64,000 nt of DNA. Origin: Actinomycetota bacterium. Its GTDB lineage: Bacteria; Actinomycetota; Actinomycetes; Nanopelagicales; Nanopelagicaceae. The notes below the pieces were generated by a model that had not been told where the DNA came from, searched no databases, and worked only from the letters and a program-made list of their open reading frames with translations. This document shows, piece by piece, positions 58,954-64,000 of this stretch. The stretch is taken from positions 2,211-66,210 of the forward strand of contig WLNY01000001.1 in assembly GCA_009699575.1 (NCBI GenBank), written 5' to 3'. Position numbers and translations under genes: made by a program. How positions within the stretch are numbered: the stretch's first letter is position 1; the number at the start of each line of letters is the position of its first letter.

Positions 58954-59567
58954 GCACTCCGCCCACCATTCTTGTTATCGATGATCATGCGAGTGTGCGA
59001 GCCGGGATTGCCGCTGCCGTTGCGCATGCTGGATATATTTACATTGGCGAAGCTTCAAGTAAGGCCGAAGCATTTGCCCAAATAGCACATAAGAATCCGC
59101 AGGTGATCGTTGTCGATCTCAATTTGCCAGATGGGAGTGGTTTAGAAGTCATTGCGTGGGCGCGTTCCATCTCAAAAGACATTGGCATAGTCGTTCTCAC
59201 GTTACATGAGAGCGATAGTCACCTCTTAGCCGCGCTTCAATCTGGTGCAAGTGCTTATGTCAGCAAGAGTGCCCCACTCACTGAACTAGTTGCTGCAATC
59301 GACCACGCATCAAAAGAGCCTTTAAGCTTCGTTGCACGAGGAATTGCTGATGCAATGAAGAGGAGTGAGAATATTTATGGCTTAACATCTCGAGAACTCC
59401 AAGTACTCAGTTTGTTGGCAACCGGAGCAGCTACTTCAGTTATTGCAACTGAACTCTTGATAAGTCAAGCTACTGTGAAAACACATCTCGCTTCAATATT
59501 TAGGAAACTACACGTTGATAATCGCACGCAAGCAGTGACCTTTGCCATCAAACGCTCTTTAATCTGA
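58950..59567 (+). CDS. NarL/LuxR family response regulator
   Basis: IDDH, VDLNLPDGSG, GASAYVSK and LTSRE...TVKTH HTH. Confidence 0.93.
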   Translation: MSTPPTILVIDDHASVRAGIAAAVAHAGYIYIGEASSKAEAFAQIAHKNPQVIVVDLNLPDGSGLEVIAWARSISKDIGIVVLTLHESDSHLLAALQSGASAYVSKSAPLTELVAAIDHASKEPLSFVARGIADAMKRSENIYGLTSRELQVLSLLATGAATSVIATELLISQATVKTHLASIFRKLHVDNRTQAVTFAIKRSLI

Positions 59568-60749
59568 AATAAGTAATTCTGCAAATTTTTGTGACCAAAT
59601 ATCCCAACGCCATTGCTGAGAAACCCATTCATTTCCGTTTTTGCCCATCTCTTTTGCCAGTGTTGGATTGGAGAGTAAATCGATGACAGAAGCGCTGACC
59701 TCACCAACGTTTGTTCCATCCACCACGATTCCTGTTTTACCCTGCAGTACAGCGTCCGGGGCTCCACCCGATGCTCCTGCAATTACAGCAAGTCCGCATG
59801 CACTGGCTTCAAGATAAACAATTCCAAGGCCTTCAACTTCAAGCCCAAAAAAACGCGACCGAGAAGGCATTGCGAAAATATCTCCCACAGATAAGTACCT
59901 TGGTAGATCTTGGTATTGAATTCTTCCAATAAACGTTATTGCTTGCGACACTTCCAAGTCATGAGCTAATTTTACCAAATTTTTTCTATACGGCCCTTCC
60001 CCAATGAAAAGAATATGTGCATCAGGAACCGATTTTCTAATCTCAGGAAGAGCCTTAATTAAAATATCTTGGCCTTTTCGGTGGACGAGCCTGCCCAGGC
60101 ACACAATCACCTTTTTATTTGCCAGACCTAATTCTGCTCGTAACGTACCGGCACTGGATTGTGGGAAAAAGTGCTCCACATCTATTCCTGGGGCAATTCT
60201 GACCATTGAGTCCTTAGCTTTGTGTGTCAGCGCTGAACCGATTGCCGAACGTGTGAATTCGCCGAGATAAGTCAGGACATCTACTGAGTTCCCAATCCGA
60301 CGTATCGCAAAGGAGAAAGGTGGCACTTTTGCCCACCAGACTTCATGTCCATGGGTTAATGCAACGATCCTTTTAACTCCGACCTTTCGAAGTGATGGAG
60401 CAAGTAACCCAAGCGGAGCTGCCGCACCAAAAACAACGATACCTATAGATTTCTCTGTGCATAATTTCTTAAGTCTTCGGGTAACTCTCAACGATGGCAA
60501 AAGTATCGTGGATTTATCTCGAATGATTTCCACTCCGAATTTCTCTTTCCACATGTAATCATATGTATCTGTGTCACCTTGTGATGAAGTAAAAACAATC
60601 ACCCGTTTATCGGGAATTCCTTCTATAAGGCCGTGAATAAATGTTTCAATGCCACCAGCTCTTGGCCCGAAATCATTTGTCACAAAGAGAACGAGATTAG
60701 TAACGTCGTCCTCCCATGAATCTTTTGCGTCCCATATCCATCGTGGCAA
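59559..60749 (-). CDS. pimB: GT4 glycosyltransferase, phosphatidylinositol mannoside mannosyltransferase PimB'-like (start uncertain)
   Basis: VTNDFGPRAGGIE, FGAAAPL, THGHE, RLVHRKGQD and EGLGIVYLEASA; conserved fadD-pimB-NlpC context. Confidence 0.88.
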   Translation of the reverse strand: MPRWIWDAKDSWEDDVTNLVLFVTNDFGPRAGGIETFIHGLIEGIPDKRVIVFTSSQGDTDTYDYMWKEKFGVEIIRDKSTILLPSLRVTRRLKKLCTEKSIGIVVFGAAAPLGLLAPSLRKVGVKRIVALTHGHEVWWAKVPPFSFAIRRIGNSVDVLTYLGEFTRSAIGSALTHKAKDSMVRIAPGIDVEHFFPQSSAGTLRAELGLANKKVIVCLGRLVHRKGQDILIKALPEIRKSVPDAHILFIGEGPYRKNLVKLAHDLEVSQAITFIGRIQYQDLPRYLSVGDIFAMPSRSRFFGLEVEGLGIVYLEASACGLAVIAGASGGAPDAVLQGKTGIVVDGTNVGEVSASVIDLLSNPTLAKEMGKNGNEWVSQQWRWDIWSQKFAELLISD

Positions 60750-61713
60750 CTTTTACTCGAGAGCCTGGGCGCGGAGCATGAACCATCCTGCCTCCACCTA
60801 AGTAAATTCCCACGTGCGAGATTGGGCTTCCGAAAAATACAAGGTCACCTGGTTTGAGGTTAGCCCGCTTGATTGATTTGCCATGTCGAAACTGGGCGGC
60901 AGACGAATGCGGAAGCGATACTCCGGCAGTTGCAAAGGCGCGCATTGTTAAACCTGAACAATCCCAATATGTCATTCCCGCCGCACCGAATACATATCGA
61001 TCACCGATTTGCTTGAGCGCAAACTTAAGTGCAGTACCGGCTCTACCTGAAATTCTGGCCGCAGATTTTGCTGCAACAAGTGAGGACGCTTGGTCAGCAT
61101 CCTCTTGCTCCTGGGCAAGTTTTGCTAAACGGGCTCGATCTTCTTTCTTAAGTTTTGATAAAAGAGTCTCCGCTTGCGCTAATTTCGCCTGAGCAAGTCG
61201 AGCCTGCGCTGCATATTTCTTTTGCGCTGATGCGATCAAAGCTAGTTTGTCATTGACTGTAAGAGTGGTTGCATTGAGTCTTTGTTGGGCGGCTTGGAAT
61301 GAACGCAACTGAACACTCTTGCGTCGAGTGATCGCATCAAGGGATCCGGCAGCGGTGAGATAGAGAGTTGGATCGGAAGAGAAGAGCAGTTCTAGGCTTT
61401 GACTTAAGCCAGATGATTTGTACTGATCAATTGCGATGATTCCTAATGATCGAGAAAGTTCCTTGACGCTCTCTCCTTGAATGGCAGCCTTTTGCTTAAT
61501 CCCGGTTAAAGTCTTTGTGAGTGAGGCCAATTGAACTTTGGCTTCTTGGGCCCCCTCAGCTGCCGAGGTTGCATCTTCTTGTAGCGCTCTTACCTTGGCT
61601 TGGACCTGGGCCAATGTCTGGTCTGCTTGAGCAATAGGAGTCACTGCACCCGACACGATGACAACTGCGGCCGCGAGTTGGGCGAACCTCACGAGCCTGC
61701 GGGGGGTCAACAT
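60697..61713 (-). CDS. Secreted NlpC/P60 peptidoglycan endopeptidase with coiled coil (RipC-like)
   Basis: Signal peptide AQA-D, coiled coil, YVFGAAG..WDCSGL, PGDLVFF, HVGIY and HAP motifs. Confidence 0.93.
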   Translation of the reverse strand: MLTPRRLVRFAQLAAAVVIVSGAVTPIAQADQTLAQVQAKVRALQEDATSAAEGAQEAKVQLASLTKTLTGIKQKAAIQGESVKELSRSLGIIAIDQYKSSGLSQSLELLFSSDPTLYLTAAGSLDAITRRKSVQLRSFQAAQQRLNATTLTVNDKLALIASAQKKYAAQARLAQAKLAQAETLLSKLKKEDRARLAKLAQEQEDADQASSLVAAKSAARISGRAGTALKFALKQIGDRYVFGAAGMTYWDCSGLTMRAFATAGVSLPHSSAAQFRHGKSIKRANLKPGDLVFFGSPISHVGIYLGGGRMVHAPRPGSRVKVATMDMGRKRFMGGRRY

Positions 61714-61808
61714 ATGTACGAGGTTAACGCCTAGATACCGTAACCCTCAACCTCAAAAGCAGTTTTACGCCTGAGAATCCCCGAAGTTTCCGTGCTATCT
61801 AGGCGTAC

Positions 61809-61988
61809 CTAGCCGGTCTGTTTGATGAATTGAAGAGGTTTGAGGATCTCCCGAGAAGCCAGAAGTTCGAGGGCTCCCTGGAGTTCTGGAGAGATCTCCT
61901 TCTCGGATTTGGGCGCAATGAAGAAAGAGACGACGCAGTCAGCACAGCTGATCTCGCGCTTTATACAAGTGTCGCAGTCAATGATCAT
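61809..61988 (-). CDS. Small Cys-rich actinobacterial protein
   Basis: MIIDCDTCxxRxxxCxDCVV, ALELLA..ILKPL; normally upstream of the NlpC/P60 gene; TACTAT 7 nt upstream of ATG 61988. Confidence 0.8.
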   Translation of the reverse strand: MIIDCDTCIKREISCADCVVSFFIAPKSEKEISPELQGALELLASREILKPLQFIKQTG

Positions 61989-62027
61989 GAAAAGGATAGT
62001 ACGTGACACCACTGACATTATTAGCCC

Positions 62028-62522
62028 ATGACCGTACGGGCGACATTGGTGATTGGGGCCGATGGCTCTGCCACTAAAAATGGCTCCTCGCGTGGGGTCA
62101 CATCACACGCCGATCGCGAGAATTTTCTAGCCGAACGAAAGCGCGTCGATGCCATCATCATTGGCGGCAACACAGCTCGTAGCGAACCCTATCTACGCAC
62201 ACCAGTGCCAGTTATCGCACTTTCTCGATCCTCTGACAATGTCTTGCACAGTAACCCGAAAGCACATTGGTGGAACACTTCACCCGCTTCGGCTATTGCC
62301 CGCGCCACAAAAGAATTTGGCGAGAATATCCTCATTGAGGCGGGCCCAACGATGATTACAGAACTTATCTCATTAGGCCTAGTAGATCAGTTAAATCTTT
62401 CAATAACGAGTGTGCGCGGAGGGGAAGATTTTTTTGATTGGGAAAAGATTGTTGGACATGCAATTTCAATTAAGGAACATACACATGGCGACACTCGATT
62501 CATTACAGCACAATTTAAGTAG
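62028..62522 (+). CDS. RibD C-terminal / dihydrofolate reductase-like protein
   Basis: GADGS, DRENFLAER..DAIIIGGNTARSEPY, ILIEAGP and LVDQL motifs. Confidence 0.85.
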   Translation: MTVRATLVIGADGSATKNGSSRGVTSHADRENFLAERKRVDAIIIGGNTARSEPYLRTPVPVIALSRSSDNVLHSNPKAHWWNTSPASAIARATKEFGENILIEAGPTMITELISLGLVDQLNLSITSVRGGEDFFDWEKIVGHAISIKEHTHGDTRFITAQFK

Positions 62523-63345
62523 CTGAAATCAAGGCAACGCCTGCAACTGCCAAGATTATTCCAAAATACTGAACTTTCATTAAACGTTCATGGAGAAACT
62601 TAAAAGCTAGTAGCGCAGTTGCAATCGGATACAAGGAAGCAAGAACCATCACAAGTGAAATCAGCCCCTTAGTAGTTGCTACTCCCATGAGAAGGTTTGC
62701 AAGGAAATCTGAAACACCAATGAAAATTAATAGAGGGGTTTCTGAGCGAGTGAGACCGCCAAGAGTCTTATGTCGCGCCGCTATTGCACAAGATATAAAT
62801 AAAGTTACTGTACGCATCATTACCATTGTTAATAAGGCGCTCGATCGTGAACCAATGGCCATCAAGCTCATAGCTGCGCCAAAACATAGCGCTGCCGATA
62901 GCGCTAGAAGTAGGGGCTTTACTGAGACTCCCTGCGAAAGTTCTGGTCCGCTCGCACAAAATGCTCCAATAAGAGCCGCTACTACTCCAACTGCCTGAGC
63001 AACTGTCAGTACCTCACCTCCCACTAGTGCGATCGATAAAGGAATGACAGCGCTGAGGGAACTGATGGGAGAGACCACGCCCATTGGGCCAGTTGAGAGT
63101 CCAGAATATAAACATATGAGTCCGATATACCCTGCAATTCCTGCAAGAGCTCCCGGTATGAGAAATCCACGGTCGACTCCATCAAATTCATTCAAAGTCA
63201 CGACAAGAAAAATCCCAAAAATTAATCCGAATCCTTGGGAGATTCCCAGAACGGCAATTGCAGGAAAGCGCTTACTTAATTTGCCACCATGGTAATCAGC
63301 ACTTCCCCATAGAACGCTGGAAATGAGCGCTAAAAGCGAGGCCAT
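62515..63345 (-). CDS. DMT/EamA family transporter
   Basis: LWGSADYHGG, GPMGVVSPIS, LASLYP and LHERL motifs; start ATG 63345. Confidence 0.88.
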   Translation of the reverse strand: MASLLALISSVLWGSADYHGGKLSKRFPAIAVLGISQGFGLIFGIFLVVTLNEFDGVDRGFLIPGALAGIAGYIGLICLYSGLSTGPMGVVSPISSLSAVIPLSIALVGGEVLTVAQAVGVVAALIGAFCASGPELSQGVSVKPLLLALSAALCFGAAMSLMAIGSRSSALLTMVMMRTVTLFISCAIAARHKTLGGLTRSETPLLIFIGVSDFLANLLMGVATTKGLISLVMVLASLYPIATALLAFKFLHERLMKVQYFGIILAVAGVALISAT

Positions 63346-63405
63346 TACGAAAGGGTACCGCCCAGCCTCCCACTCCAACGCCATGACTTCTTTTAGAGTT
63401 ACGCC

Positions 63406-63984
63406 GTGGATTCACTTGCATTCGAACGATTACTAGTTCACTTGAGAACCTTTACCCCTCGAACAGAGATTGTTTTAGAGGAAGTGCCTGCGCCTCAAAA
63501 ATTGGCCACATACGCCTTTGCATTTTCTGCTGATGTGAGTAACGGCCTGATCGGTGAAGCCGAAGATGAACTCGCATCTGGACGATTTGTTTTATTGCAC
63601 GAACCAGGTGGTCAGGATACCTGGGAGGGTGAATTTCGCTGCGTGACATTTGTACGAGCCGATATAGATCCAGTAATGCAGGAAGATCCCTTACTCCCAG
63701 AGGTTGGCTGGAGCTGGTTTTTAGATTCTCTTTCACAAACCGGCTGCGAATTTGTTGCACCTAGTGGAACCGTCACGCGTGTGTCGAGTGCCTCATTTGG
63801 CAAACTCTCACCACGACATGATGAATCCGAACTTGAAATACGAGCGTCATGGACACCCATCGTTACTGACTCTCTCGAGTTAATTAAACACATAGAAGGC
63901 TGGTGCAATCTCATCGCTGAAGTTTCAGGGTTAGCTCCGGTCCCAGAAGGTGTGTCAGCGATATTATCTGCACGACGTAAATAA
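63406..63984 (+). CDS. DUF3000 family protein
   Basis: EVPAPQKLA, GRFVLLHEPGGQDTWEGEFRCV, PLLPEVGWSW, GTVT and ELEIRASWTP motifs. Confidence 0.9.
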   Translation: MDSLAFERLLVHLRTFTPRTEIVLEEVPAPQKLATYAFAFSADVSNGLIGEAEDELASGRFVLLHEPGGQDTWEGEFRCVTFVRADIDPVMQEDPLLPEVGWSWFLDSLSQTGCEFVAPSGTVTRVSSASFGKLSPRHDESELEIRASWTPIVTDSLELIKHIEGWCNLIAEVSGLAPVPEGVSAILSARRK

Positions 63985-64000
63985 TTTATGAGTGAAGAAA

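Noticed and set aside
63988-64000. ATG starting a gene at the right edge (ribonuclease D often follows DUF3000)
   Set aside because: Only four codons are visible, so it cannot be supported.

Overview
Compact, gene-dense actinobacterial chromosome segment (moderate GC, very short intergenic spaces, many apparently leaderless genes), most consistent with a streamlined freshwater acI/Nanopelagicales-type genome (inference from gene content and style, not a database match). The core is conserved actinobacterial housekeeping: trpD, the cytochrome bc1-aa3 supercomplex (ctaE-qcrCAB facing ctaC-ctaD-ctaF), an IscS-like/TusA/adenosine kinase/IscA/nadA block, gcvT-pepA-lpdA-sucB-lipB-lipA-glnA, PadR-ino1, and plsC-glkA-fadD-pimB-NlpC/P60. 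Two riboswitches are recognisable: a cobalamin riboswitch ahead of an ECF transporter operon, and a SAM-IV riboswitch ahead of a polar amino-acid ABC transporter that is translationally coupled to an N-formylglutamate-amidohydrolase-family gene. No rRNA, tRNA, IS, prophage or CRISPR array was seen. Most interesting leads: (i) the SAM-IV-controlled ABC + amidohydrolase operon (possible N-acyl-sulfur-amino-acid salvage); (ii) an unassigned multi-hairpin leader with switch-like alternative pairing upstream of a PuuB-like oxidase; (iii) an IscS-like protein that has lost its PLP-binding residues but keeps the catalytic Cys, coupled to TusA; (iv) paired loss of the Mg/Mn-site ligands in cytochrome oxidase subunits I and II; (v) a sensor-less histidine kinase, a stand-alone Cas4/RecB-like nuclease and a Cys/His-tailed LuxR next to a membrane protein of unknown function. 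Start codons were revised by eye where the ORF track extends upstream of the likely start.
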